Source of the DNA: Ramazzottius varieornatus
Lineage: Eukaryota > Animalia > Tardigrada
NCBI GenBank assembly: GCA_001949185.1
Contig: BDGG01000003.1
Span: forward strand, 2,049,663-2,113,662
DNA length: 64,000 bases
Direction of reading: 5' to 3'
Shown here: in pieces, positions 38,643 through 54,321 of the stretch
How the letters are laid out: the number at the start of each line of letters is the position of its first letter
How positions within the stretch are numbered: the first letter of the stretch is position 1
Made by a program: the position numbers and the translations under genes
The notes under the pieces: model-generated
What the model was told of the DNA's origin: nothing
Seen by the model: the letters and a program-made list of their open reading frames with translations, nothing else
Database searches by the model: none

Positions 38643-40904
38643 TCACTCATGCGTCGAAATTGACGGCTCAACTTCAGCAGCGACGATCATCTCGTGGCTT
38701 CCGGGTGGTGTCGTCGAAGAACCCAGTGCCATGTTTGATGGTTGTTGTTTCAAGCTTGCACTGCTCGCCGTGTGGGTGAGAACCGGTGGGAGCGGTAACT
38801 TCTTCGTGAGCAAACGAAAGGCGTCAGTCACCTGCGCAGTAAAGACATAGGTTTGATATTCTGGGGATTTTGTTTGCTAGTAAAGTCGGTCGAGACCCAA
38901 ACTGTGGATTTTCACTTACAACGGTGTCGACCGTTCTTCCCGACTGCTCCCATTCAACCATGGCTTCGCGACCTTCAACAGCCATCCCGATGGCTTTCTC
39001 TTTCTCACCTTCTCGAAGGAGGAACAACGCATAGTTCAAGTAAACACACGGGTCCCTAGTCCTACGAAGATGGGAAACATAATGAAGCACTGCCCAGCAA
39101 AACTCGTGCAGGCACAGAAACTTGTATGATGGCGCAGCGCGCGAGTTTCACGAGACATAACTGCCAACATCCTTTCAAACACCCACAAGCAGTCGGTCAC
39201 AGGATCGAAGGAAACATTTGTCAGAAGCTCTTACGCGTTGGATTTCACCGAGTACTTGTAGAGCTGGTTGGCTTGTCCGGTAATTTCCAAGTTATCCGCA
39301 GTACCTGTGAAAGACCAGAAAACTCACAATAAGAGTATTATGTACGAGCACAGTTTAACTTCAATTTTACAGGCGAGTAGAAGGTACGTGTAAGGCGATG
39401 GATGTTTCTGCGTCAACCGGATGGTCGCCATGAGGTGGAAACTCGCCGTGGCAAACAGCTGCACTTCCTTCATGACATAACCCAAATTGCTAGCAATGCG
39501 CCAGTCCATCGGGGCTAACTGCTGGGCTTTTTTCAGACACGCGACCGCTTGGAGAACTCGCTGGGAAGCTTCTTCTTTCTGACTGGCCGTACTGGCTTTG
39601 CCATCCTTATTCCCCGTGCCCCTGCGTTTGGCGAGATAACACAGTGCGACGTTGTTCAGGAGTGCAGCTGATGGAACGATGCTGGGGTCTTGGACCATTG
39701 CTTCGTATTTCTTCAAAGCACCATCCGTGTCCATCTTTTGCTGCATAACGGAACCGAGAGCTAGCAGGACCTCGTCGCTTCGGTTCTTTGGCGTCGACGC
39801 GACCTGCGCGAGATTCGCGAAACCTTTGTCGAGATCCTTATGCGACTAGAACGACACAAAAGAAAGCATATACGTGACCGTTGACCATACTTAGGTTAGG
39901 CTTGGTCCTTCGCACTCGTGCAGTAACTACCGTACACACCTTGATCTGTAAAGTACCCAGTGTGGTGGCTATTAGCTGGTTATCCGGGAAAACTCTATCA
40001 ACATACGGACGAATATTCAAAGTCCCAACTACCCATGTGTCAACTTATATGGGCCTACCTTTTGGCCCGCTCAAGGATGTCCACGGCTTTATCTTGCTCC
40101 TTATGTCGGATATAGAACCGTGCTAACGTCAAGTAAGATTTTTCTTGCGGTTGGACGTTGATCGCCGATTTGAGATGTTCTTCTGCCTGAAAACAAGCGT
40201 TTTCATGTGGCCTTGAATAATATTCGGACTGTGACACAATCATCATGCGTCTTGTTTAACAGCTTGGCATATTGACGTGATATTATACCGCACGTACTAA
40301 GCCGATATTTCCGAGTTTTTCGTGGCACAGTCCTTGATAGAAATCGACACTCCAGTCTTGTGAAGTCGTCAACTGCTTGAACTGCTCGACGTACATCAGA
40401 GTTTGCTCATACGCGCACGTCAGGTAGGACAGGCATATCAGTTCCTTCAGCACTTCCTGGTCCCGTTTGTCCATAGCCAGGCTGGACTTCAAAATGTCGA
40501 TGGCTTCAGCAAGTTTTCCTTGCCTCTTAGCAATCAACGCTGTAAGGGAAATGTTTAAACGATAAACTGAACAACGCGGTAAAGAGCAGCGGTATAGAAT
40601 TGTACGCCGTACCTTTCATATACATCCCAAAAGCATTCTGTACATTCGCAGCACCAGGTTCGTCAGTGCTGGCCAGAGAAGCATTACAGGCGTCATAGTC
40701 CTGTCGTAGGAACAGCTGATAGTACAGCCAATTTCGACCTTCTGTTTCTTGTATCCGCTGAAGTGTAGTTTTCTGGGAAAATCTTTGAGGTGGTGGTTGG
40801 CTGACTTGTCCTAAAGGAAGTGCCCGAAGAGGAGCGGAAGTCGGATGGTTCGAGCTTGCCCCGGTACTCCGCGACAGGGACATTTTGCTTCCTGAAGTCG
40901 ACAT
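38643..40904 (-). CDS. BBS4: BBSome TPR subunit BBS4 (start approximate)
   Basis: NWLYYQLFLRQDYDAC, TPR helices, LLNNVALCY, ACLKKAQQLAPMDWRIASNLG and VYLNYALFL. Confidence 0.8.
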
Positions 40905-41486
40905 GCTGGACAACTTGGACCGTACAGAAGATTTGCGTTCACCAGCGTTGCCCCAGAGTTGATACCTGCTGCAAAACACTTGGTTAATAGGGAATAGGAC
41001 CGAACCACAGGACACAGGTTCTGCATCACTTGGTGATTATAATGGCTCGGTGACATCTTAAATGCGTCTTGCCTGGGTTTTCTCCAGCGAACCTGGTCGC
41101 TCTTTCACCTCCATCGAATTTATAGCATGCATTCCTTTCTCACCTGCAAAATTGATGAACAAGACGGCAATCGTACGGCATACCGGTACTATCCTAAGCG
41201 TAATGAATCGATAATCGGGAATGAGATGAATAATCAATGCCCTTATGCCCTCCGTCCCTTGCTTCTCAAGGGTTTGCCCCTGGATGCATGACCTGTCCAG
41301 TCAGTCCAAAACTCCGCCCTGGGATCTGGACCAAGGTCCACTTAGGCCCACTTTCAGACTTCCAGAAGATGTTTTGATTGTAATTCGGGAAAATTATCCC
41401 AACTTTCACAGATCTCCGAGAGACATCCATCGATCCCCTTGTGTTCCTGCTGGAGTTTACGGTTTGTCAGTTGGCTGGAACAAAGC

Positions 41487-43116
41487 ATGGATTCCCCAGT
41501 GCCGCCTTGGCCGGAAGAGGACGCTGTAGCAGCTGGGGTGGACGAGGACAACCCTTCTCAAGCCCTCGAAGTATGTTGGCAAAGTGGATGGATGTTTCTT
41601 ATTTATAATTTTGTGGAATAATTCCACTCCGCTGACGCGGCGCTGTGTATTCGTGCTTCTCGTACAGCTGATGTATTCAAACGTTCCTGAAATGGTTTCT
41701 TGTAGGTTTTAGAGCTGGTGATCGAGGAGAAGGCGCTGGACGGTATCGATATCGAGACGGAAGCAGTTGAGAACAATCCACCTTCGGAATCCATGACTGA
41801 GCCTCCTCCTGCTGCTGCAAGTGGCGATCGTCATTCCGCTGGTAACATGAAGCTGCAGCCCAGCGAAACGCTCGTCGATGTTCCGGTGATACGGAGAAAT
41901 CGGCCAGGGACGAAAGTAAAGGTAAGCTGGCCTATAGCGGAAGTTTTGAACTGCAGCAGTTAGTTATGCTGCATGGCTGAAGTACGTAGTCTTCAAACTT
42001 GCAGGACATGTACCAATGGCCGGATTTGCCTTTAGAAGACATGGATACAACACTGGCAGTCCAGCAAGTGAGCTAGTTCTGAGCTGGGCCCGTAAAGCTC
42101 GTCCAGAACGTAATCCTTGCTTTGCATTGCAGTATATTCAGCAGTTAATACGGAGAAATCCATTGGACGTGGACGAAATTCTCAACATGCCCCCTAATCA
42201 GGATGAAGGAGTATGGAAATACGAGCATTTGCGGTAAGAGAGACCTTCATACATATGTATTACGGGAACGTACAGAGTTGGATCTTTTACTGATTGTTGG
42301 GGTTTTTCCAGGGAATTTTGTATGGAGCTGAACAACCTTGCCGTAAACCTACAGGTAGATATTCACACTTTGTTTGGTTTTCTGAAGTTTCTGCAGGTTC
42401 TTCTTTTTGGTTTTAGTGCGAATGCACAGCAGATACCTGCACACAAATGACAGCTACGGACCAGTGGATATTTTTGTGCGCGGCTCATAAGCAACCAAGA
42501 GAATGCTCAGCCATAGATTACACTCGCCATACCCTGGACGGAGCAGCGTGCTTGCTCAACAGCAACAAATACTTCCCAAGCAGGTATGAATGTTCGAACC
42601 ATGTGTTTGAAGCCTCCAGACCGCTGTTCGACTCATGATTAACTTTCCTATTTTTTTCTTGCGATTGTTCAGAGTGGATATCAAAGAGACTTCCATTGCC
42701 AAGCTTCCTTCGACCTGTCGGCGAGTCTATCGCATCTTCTCCCATGCGTTCTTCCATCATCGTCCAATCTTTGATGCTTTCGAGGTACCGCCGGTTCTTC
42801 TACTCGTAAAGTGGGACGTGAGCAGATGATCCGAACCAGATCATTCTCTCGAGTGGCGCACCCTTTCAGCCAGTAAGAATGACACTGTGTGCCACTTGCG
42901 ATAACGATTTGGTTCAGGCCACATCCCAATGCACGAATACCGTTTGATTTTGTCTGACGGTTGCAGGAAAGGACAAGTTTGTGTAGAAGGTTCACAGCTT
43001 ACGTTCTCAAGTACAATTTGATGTCGGCGGAGAACCTGATTGTTCCAGTTCCCGGCGTCCATTCGCCGCCTCCGCTGCAAAGTCCCGAGCTCAAAGCAGG
43101 TGAAACTGAAGCATGA
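41487..43116 (+). CDS. MOB4: MOB4/phocein with possible acidic N-terminal extension
   Basis: Motifs [72 protein letters not shown] and [16 protein letters not shown]. Confidence 0.95.
42836..42912. repeat. Palindromic element family copy (MOB4 intron)
   Basis: CCAGATCATT..GAGTGGCGCAC-25nt-GTGTGCCACTT..AACGATTTGG. Confidence 0.85.
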
Positions 43117-43836
43117 AGTCGGGGTGTATTGGGCTTTAATTTAATGGACTGACTGTGGATTATGTGGCACGTTGGTGTTGGTCGTTTTTGAAAGTTTGCT
43201 TCTCGTCACCCATCATTTCCGAAAGTATTTCTACGTACCTTCTGAATCAAACTTTGACTGCTTTCTGCTGTTTTTGAGCTCGTTAAACTTCAGCGCTCGC
43301 AGTATGAAAACAAACTTTTTATCGCTTGTCTGAGACTCGTAGTTCAACTTTCCTGGCCGGGGTAACGGGAGATGGTCTATAAATCTCGTAGCCTGAAGCA
43401 GACCTGAAGGATACTAACAGGGTTGAATGAAATTGCTCAGTCTATTCAAAGGTATTGTCCAGGAGTAGAAGAGCACTGTAGCTCGGATCTGATGCTGTTG
43501 GGTGGCGTCCACTGTCCAGTCTGAAGGACATCAGGACAATATTCAAGTGTATTAGTTTTTACTTCCTTTTGTCAGGCAAGCCTTGTCCAAGCCTTGTCCG
43601 AGCAACAAAGGACGAAAGGACTCATCGTTCTGGAGTACTTCAGCTATTGTCCCAAGAATCTCACTTCAATAATTAGGGGTAGTAGTTTGGCACAGGTGCA
43701 TACTTATCGACCCATTACCAGCCTATTGAGAAGCTCAACAAACTTTCAAAAAATGGGGAAAAAAAGAAATACGGATGTTGCAATTGCACCGTTACAAATA
43801 ATGCGCGGTAGAAATCTCTATAAAATTTGTCTCGAT

Positions 43837-44720
43837 TCAGAAAGTCACAGGGAGGCACTTCATCTGGGCAGTCTCAGCCGTAAACTGGAACCATTCATTC
43901 TTCCTGCAAAGAAAAGAGCACAAACCCTGAGTTTCTGTCCCTGTATGCGCAGTAAGCGCGAGTCCTTCCTGATGTTGCGTTGTGAAAACCGACGCTTACC
44001 TTGTAGGAGACTGAGTTGTCGATTTCACCGGTTCGTACTGGCAAACCAGTCCACCTTCACAGGGGCATTGCTCGTTCAGGGAATAATCCAGACCTCCGGC
44101 TGGGACAAAACATCGCTGAGAGAGCTGCAGTCGTGGCTTACAGACGAACTCTCCATGTTGGCGCGCGCAGCAGTGGTTCGCCGAGCAGTCTTTGTCGTCT
44201 GCGCAGCGACTTCCTTCTTGTCCTTTCGGGATCTCCTTCCGGCAGCGCCCAAACACGCACTCGTTCCGCCTTTGACAGTTATAGTCCTTCCTGCAGAACT
44301 CTCCTCGTCGTTTTAACCGTTCGCAGCGTTTGTAGTGGGTGTCGCAATACTTTCCGCGGCCGCATGGCTTATCGGTCGAGCAAACGCCCTGATGGTAAAA
44401 CATTCCGATTGAAAAAAAATTCACCGCTTCTCGTATACTGGCCATAGGTCTAGGTGATCATATTATGAAACAACGCTGGCAACAACGCTTACCGGGTTGT
44501 CGTCGAAATGTCGCGTGCTCTTTTCACTCGGTGAAAGTTCCAGTGTGTCGTTCGACGGACTTCCGGGTTCGCGATCCAGTGCTGCATCGCCCAAGTCTGA
44601 CTGCGAGAGAGGTTGACTCAACATTAGTCCCCAAAACTTGGAGCTGACTCCATGAGACAGGGCAAGGAAGATGAGCGATAACGTCTTCAAGAGCCGCAAG
44701 AGCCAGCCAAGAACATCCAT
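43837..44720 (-). CDS. Secreted Dickkopf-family (Dkk3-like) protein with two Cys-rich domains
   Basis: Signal peptide. CRD1 is CSTDKPCGRGKYC..EFCRKDYNC..CVFGRC. A short linker leads to colipase-like CRD2 GSRCADDKDCSANHCCARQHG..VCKP..CPCEGGLVC. Confidence 0.8.
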
Positions 44721-45852
44721 TGCGGAAAGACTCGAAGTGCAATTAACAAAAGGTCCGTTTAAATAATGCCTCAACCTTTCCAAATGTTAAGGTCAACTGA
44801 GGATGGGACTCGACAATGCTTGACCAAAGCACTAAAGAATACGTCCATAACTTCACGACTTTCGACCTGGTGAAAGCAGCAGGAAGACTTCACGGAGCGA
44901 AAGAACGGAACAAGTTCGAACAGTTGGAAGTTGCGAATGAACTGTGGCTGGTTGCAGAAAGACACGAGGCCGAAGAATGCGAGCTCAAGTCCAGGTAATG
45001 GAAGGGGAGGATCCTGCAGATCGTTGCTTAATGATTCAAGAGAATGAAACACGATGTCTCTTCTCAAGAATTCCCTGAAGGGCTGAAGATGTAGATTGGC
45101 CTGACGAGTCGTTGAAAAGTTTGTGACGAGACGTCTGACGTTCGTCTTCTTCGGTTTCCTCCTTCATCTTCCTATCTACGTACAATACGAAATGCCAGTT
45201 TCGATTCGACACTTCAGACTGGACATGAGGCAATTAGGGCTGGATGCTGTATCCTATCTATCTGGTCTTATTATACTGCAAGCTGACCCCCTGTAACACC
45301 TGTGACGCCCTGCTCCATTAATTGACACGCCAGGTACAACCTTCCTGGCTACTTACGGAAGGAAATGTAGCTTGCAGAGGAGCTGAGATGACGGACAAGA
45401 TGTCAGACACGCGTCCACTGTCCACTTGACAATAGTAAACATATACAGTATCGCCCACACAGATTAGTACCTTCAGCTCCTTCAGTACCATGTACACCTT
45501 AACAAATTTGCACCCACTTGATTCTCTCCAGTCTTCCACCTCTTCACAATACCCTCAACGTCAACATCTATTCATCAGCACGTCCATAAATCCACTCTAC
45601 TCTCGTAATTACTACCACTCATTAGCCACAGACATCTTTCCTGGCGTCCCTTCTCATCACACGCACACCTTCATTTCTACTCTTCGGAATTCCACAAAGG
45701 CTGTCGAGAACCAGGAAGAAATTCAATCTGCGACAGGTACAAAACAGCCTCAGAATCGTGATTTGTACAGTTTCAGAAAACTCACAGGATTAAAACTTTT
45801 GAGCCGGAAGGACAAACAAATACTATGTAGAACGTCGGCAAATGGATCCACC

Positions 45853-45928
45853 CAGTTCGTTTTTCCAAGCGGCGCATACTCTCATCTGAACACATTGAGC
45901 ACGTGCGCCACTTGAGATAAGAATCCTG
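45853..45928. repeat. Palindromic element family copy (just past RECQL stop)
   Basis: CAAGCGGCGCAT-25nt-GTGCGCCACTTG. Confidence 0.85.
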
Positions 45929-45975
45929 TCGAAATTATTTGTCGACTTCCCAGATATATTTACGAGACAAGATTT

Positions 45976-48773
<2,798 letters not shown>

Positions 48774-49342
48774 GCTTCCCCGTAGAAACGGCCCGTCGTT
48801 GGTATAGACCCATGCAACTGTTAACAAGAACGTTGGTATTTCCTCCAGAAATCGTCTGAGGGTTCGGAAGTCGGACAAGAAAACAGGACCATGGCCAGAA
48901 ACGACGATTTCGCGATCGAGTAATCGCGTTACGAGTAAGAGACCGTGACAGTGTTGTTAGGTGTGTCATGTAAGTTAGGTAAAATGCCTTACATTACAGG
49001 CTCTTCATCACCGTTCTCGCAATCTCGTCTGAGAAAGTTTTGTATGGTCGCTCCAGGGAGAAATTAGAATGAACGGGAGAGACGAACCTTTCTCGTGCTC
49101 CTGAATTTCCTTCTGTCTACTGACGCTACGTATCTGGCTTCAATACGGGACAGGGAGTAGAGGAATCAGCGATCTTGACTTAAGTGTGGAGACGAGCTGG
49201 ATGTCGATAGCTTATCGAGTGTTCCAGAACTTTACCGCAGCCGGTTACCTTCGAGCTAATATCCACGTAAGTTTCATGCTTCGACTTGATAGTTGATGGC
49301 CGCTTATAAATAACGGTTCTTTCTTTGCAGCGCAGAGTGGGG

Positions 49343-50888
49343 ATGTCGTCGAAGAAGATTGTCAATACCTTCAACGAGATCGATTCGGAGTTGACCTACA
49401 TCAAGAACAAGCTGTCATCGCTAAGCGAGCTAGTTGGTGATGGAAGTCAAGGGGATTCGGCGTCCGCAGTTACGAAGTTAAGCGAGGAGAATAAGTTGCT
49501 GATGAAAGAAACCGAAGATCTCCTCAAGCAAATTTCCTACTATGACTTATTGGAAGGGTATCATCCCCTAGCCCTGAAAGTCTTTGCGCAGTCTCAGGTG
49601 AGTATTCAACCGGAAGTGTATCGGGAGTGAGTTATCCCACTCAATCATGCTTCCCTTTATATGTGCTTAAGGTTTTCTTCCGTAGAACCAGAAGGCTGCC
49701 TCAGCTCAGAATGTAAGCACGCCCTCAGCGGCAAGCCAGAATCAAGCTGCGCCAGCGTCAACTGAACAAACCGCTGATAAGGTGGAACGCGAAGTTTACT
49801 ATATAGCGAACTAGCGCATGCGCCGTACGAAACGGACGCCGTTTCTTATACCTAACCTTAAAATCTAACGTTTGTAGGGCACCGCTAAGTCGCAGAAAGA
49901 CCAAGATAAAGCAGAGCTGACGAAGGAAAATGCTGTACAGCAGCACACCGGAGAAGAAAACGTGAAGGAAAAGAAAGCTGGGAAGGACGGAACGGTAACC
50001 AAGTCTTACAACCGATGGTTCTTATGTACATATTGGGTTGCGGTCTTCGAACCTAATTGTTCAGCAAGCAAACTGATGTCTGCTGTTGCTGTTTCCAGAA
50101 GGAAAAGCCTGCTGTCGCTTCGAAAGATCAGCCTAAGGCGGAAGCTACTTCCGGTGACGAGAATATCAACGTGTCCCGACTAGATTTCCGCGTTGGGAAG
50201 ATCGTCGATGTAAACAAGCATCCTGACGCTGAGTCGCTCTACGTTGAACAGATCGACGTGGGTGAAGCCAAGCCACGAACTATAGTCAGCGGCCTCGTGA
50301 AGTTCGTTCCCATCGAAGAGATGCGCGACCGACTTGTTGTCGTCCTCTGCAACCTCAAACCGGCCAAGATGCGCGGTGTCACTTCCGAAGGTTCGTTTCA
50401 AAAATCTCATTTCCGAAACTCATCACAAAACTTTGGTAGAAATTGGATAAAATAATGTTTCAAAGACAGATGTAAAGTAGACGAATGAACTGAGGCAGAT
50501 TGTTTTCTTAAGTGGCGCAGACTTTCAGCCACTAACAAAGGAAGTCTGCGCCACTTTAGGCAGCGATCCAGTTTCATTCATTTGCCCACTTCCCAGGTTA
50601 TCACTGGCAAGGTCTTTTCTAGGTATGGTGATGTGCGCGAGTACGGCGGAGAAAGTTGAGGTTCTGATCCCACCGAAAGGCTCTCAGCCAGGTGATCGAG
50701 TAACTTTCGAAGGCTATCCTGGAACTCCGGACGACCAGCTGAACCCCAAGAAGAAGATCTGGGAGACCGTCGCACCCGACTTGAGCGTAACCAGCGACAA
50801 AGTCGCCTCTTACAAAGGAGTTGCCTTTACAGTAGCCGGTAAAGGCCCTGTTGTGTCGTCTAGTCTGACAAACTGCCCAGTCAAATAG
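49343..50888 (+). CDS. AIMP1: AIMP1/p43 (EMAP II tRNA-binding domain)
   Basis: N-terminal coiled coil and K-rich linker. EMAP II motifs [66 protein letters not shown]. Confidence 0.92.
50484..50580. repeat. Palindromic element family copy (AIMP1 intron)
   Basis: AATGAACTGAGGCAGATTGTT..AAGTGGCGCAG-25nt-CTGCGCCACTT..TTTCATT. Confidence 0.9.
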
Positions 50889-51496
50889 ATAACGAGCCAT
50901 CTTGTTGCTGTACTGTTTACCTTGGCGATTAATACAGGTGACTGCCGTCATGTGTTATCATAAATGAATAATGACGCTGCGTGTGACTGATGCTTTGTAC
51001 TGGCTTCTTTTTACTTGTAATGGAATTCACCTATAATATGTTTCTGGCAAGTAAAGCAGGTTTACTGTTTGCGAGATGCACAGTAGCAAGAAGAAATCAC
51101 GTAGGTTTACTCACACAACATACGAAGTGTAACGGTGTAACCCAACGTCCCGATTACAACATGCTTTTTGCCCACAAGCTAGTTGAGAGAAAGTACCGTG
51201 ATTGACTGTTGACAGCTGATCGAGAAACCAATCGTCAGTTATTTCTCGCGATTTTCCATCAGACTTATTAGTGCCCGTTTGAAGCGCTATGTGGGCGGTT
51301 CGGCAGACCTTATTACACTTCTTATGACACACTTATCTCTACTCGTACACGACAAGGTAGACGAGCTAGATTCTATTCTCATGTCGAAGTGAAAGCGTCA
51401 TCATTTTTGTTTTTCCCACAAATTAATTTTCCGATTATTCTTCCGTAATTTAAATTTTCCGGCATCATATATTCTTGACGTATTTCTTTTGGGAAA

Positions 51497-52060
51497 ATGG
51501 CCAGCGATAGTTTCCAGATGGAAATCCTTCTGGCACCTCATAACGTCGACGAGGTCCAGGCTATGCTGATGACGGAAATGATGCAGGATAACAAGCAGAA
51601 TGTGAATATCATCGCATTCATTAACGCGTGTGAATGGTCAATATCGTTACGAATTTGCTGCGATGATTTGGATTCGGACGACCAAGTGCTCAAATATGGG
51701 GAGATGTGTAAGCTACGCTTCACGACCAGCATCCCCGAAGCGACTCTCGTGTTCTGTCAGACCAAAGGATTGCGGAGAACCCTGAATTTCGATGCATGGG
51801 GCGGAACCTCGCCCAGAGGATTTAACGTGTGGATGTTGCATGCGGATGACGGACTGTTCCTGAATGGGACTTTGAGGAAGCCCTGGAATATCCAGGAACC
51901 AGTTGGATTTTCTGAGGAGAATAGGCTTAGTGAGGAAGACTATTTTCGGCTGCAGGATAGCCGGGAGCGACAGTTGCCTTCGGGTGACTTGATGAATGGG
52001 AGGTCCAGTTTCCAGCTGGCGCCACCGTCACGTGGTCAAGACACCGACTTGGTCTTCTAA
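51497..52060 (+). CDS. Intronless 187-aa protein resembling the plant S-protein homologue (Self-incomp_S1/SPH) fold
   Basis: Pattern IIAFIN..ISLRICCDDLD..QVLKYGE..LRFTT..TLVFC..FDAW..VWMLHADDGLF. Confidence 0.5.
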   Translation: MASDSFQMEILLAPHNVDEVQAMLMTEMMQDNKQNVNIIAFINACEWSISLRICCDDLDSDDQVLKYGEMCKLRFTTSIPEATLVFCQTKGLRRTLNFDAWGGTSPRGFNVWMLHADDGLFLNGTLRKPWNIQEPVGFSEENRLSEEDYFRLQDSRERQLPSGDLMNGRSSFQLAPPSRGQDTDLVF

Positions 52061-52477
52061 CCTAACTTGACACTCGTAGATGTTTCTGATTTTTTTCTGC
52101 TAGTTGCTTTACATTCGTGTAGGCATTAAACTTCGACAAACTGCATGCATATTGAAATGGTGGTGAAACATATTCAGTAAACGTCAGGATTTTACAGCCC
52201 GCAGCGTGATTGCGTTCTATTATTATTACTGTAATGCTTCTTCAGCTTTGCGAATACGTCATAATACGCGTGCTACATACCCCTGGGGGTTGGTAGGGTA
52301 TAGTTACCGGACCGGGGTTTAACTCCACGCGTTAGATGACGTGATTCGCGAAGTTCAAGAAGCATTACAGTATATTTAAGGTTCCGAATCGGCCCTGATC
52401 TTCCTACCTCTGGCTTAACAATGACATTGCGGTCAGGCTTGTCTGGAAGCGTAAAGGTATCCGTCCTGGAACCACCA

Positions 52478-54173
52478 ATGGACAAGCGAAGGTTCTCGAG
52501 TAAGTGGCGCTGCGCTGGTTGGGCGGATTACTACGGTCAGTCAGTCATACTGCTTGATGAAGGTCCAAAGTCGTCCACTTTGATTCAACTGGGCTCAGTG
52601 CAAGCTTATCAACTGGCAAAGATGGATAAGGGTACAATGAGTAACACGAGGGAAGAGCGATAAGACAAGAATACTCGAACAAGTTGCCATCTTCGGTCCG
52701 AACTTTCTCCGCATGTTAATGCTACCAGGTGTGCTCTCCTGAAGAACATACCTTTTCCAAAGCAAATTTTCTCAGCTTGTTGCATCATAAAGACGGTTAT
52801 CACTAAGATCCGAAATCCAAGGAACATGCCTTACTGTGCATGACACTGCAACATATTGCCCAATTTTCTTCAAGATTCGGGATATTGCAGTTCGGGATAT
52901 CGCAGACGGCGCTCTGACGATACGACCTTGCACCCCGGAAGTTTGATACTGATACTGAAGAATGCAGAGGCCAAAGAGCTGCCTAAAGCTCACGGAACTC
53001 CCTTCGGGTCCCCCAAGCCCCGCCTATACGATCGATCCTCACTCAGTGGTATTCCGCTTGGACCAGCCGGAGAAGCTTATCCTCCCTTTGACTCCTACCG
53101 ACCATCCTCTATCAAAGTTCGGTACGCTTTCAAGCCTGCGCGGTTCTCAGTCGAGGAAGCCTAGACAGAGGAAAGCGGTGGTTTTCGAGAAGCCAAGTGA
53201 GCTCCTTTTGATACCTGACGCACTTTCGGTTCTGCTTCCGGCGCCACCTGTTGAATCCGAAATTGCACCCAAAGAGCCAAAGAACCCTGAAGAGCCAAAG
53301 ACCGTTCCACCAGTGATATTCCAGAATAGGTTCGGAACTATGAAGTCAAAATTCCCAAGAAGGTTTGCAAAGCAAAGTGTGTACATAAACACGTACCTTC
53401 GTGGAGGACAGATTCTCTCAGATGACCGGGTAAGAAAGACCGTTTCTCCCTAAGATCAAAGTAGTGTACCGTCAGTGAATATAATGGAGAAATCTACCTG
53501 GTCCATAGTTCGAAGCGGTGTGGTACTTCCTGCCAGCTCGGTATCAGATCGGCCACGCTGTCCTTGCTTTCGAGACGGAAGAGCATGGAATCAGTATTAC
53601 GACCTTCTATGACAAACTCAAGGCTTTCCCTGCATCCATCTTGGTCATTCGAACGACGAACGAGGAAGTATTTGGCGCGTTCTGTAGTGAAGACTGGGAA
53701 AAGCGGCGCGAGGTTGTAAGAAAATTATTCCAGTCTTACCATCGGCTTTCGTCTGAAACTATCTGGAAAACCTTGACGTTTGTTTCTGATTGATATATTA
53801 GCGTAAGGATTTCGACTTTTTCGGTACCGGAGAGACTTTCGTCTTCTCGTTCTCTCCTCGAAGTCGGATCTATCCATGGATAGGCTGGACTTCGGTATAC
53901 CTGAAACAAGCTCCTCCACCTTCCTGCTCGATGTACATGGCGGGTTCGCCAAACACCCTTATGATAGGTGGCGGTGGGTAAGCCATCGGAACTTACAGTA
54001 TCTATGATAAGCGAATAATAGTTAAGTTGTTTAGAGGCAAAACAGCCATCAGGTTTGTTGGAGACCTCTCACGTGGATCCACCGAGCACTGCACAACTTT
54101 CGACAACGAACCATTATGTATGGAGCGAGATTTTACCATCTTGAAGATTGAGGTTTTCGGCATTAAGCAGTAA
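52478..54173 (+). CDS. TLDc-domain protein (TBC1D24/skywalker-type TLDc, no TBC domain seen); 5' exons approximate
   Basis: VWYFLPARY..FETEEHGISITTFY..LVIRTTNEEVFGAFCS..FFGTGETFVFS..LMIGGG..STEHCTTFDNEPLC..FTILKIEVFG. Confidence 0.85.
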
Positions 54174-54321
54174 CAGCCCGGTCTACCGTGGAACTTCCAA
54201 GTCTGCAAGAGAGAAGAAACACTGTCGAAACTTCGACTCTAGTAGAGAAGACGAGATTAAAAATTATATTCTAGCCTGTTGCATGGCGGTTTCTGCCTTT
54301 TCATCGGCGTTTTGTACTATA

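Noticed and set aside
43594-44316. 240-aa plus-strand ORF
   Set aside because: Antisense shadow of the Dkk-like exons; no domain features.
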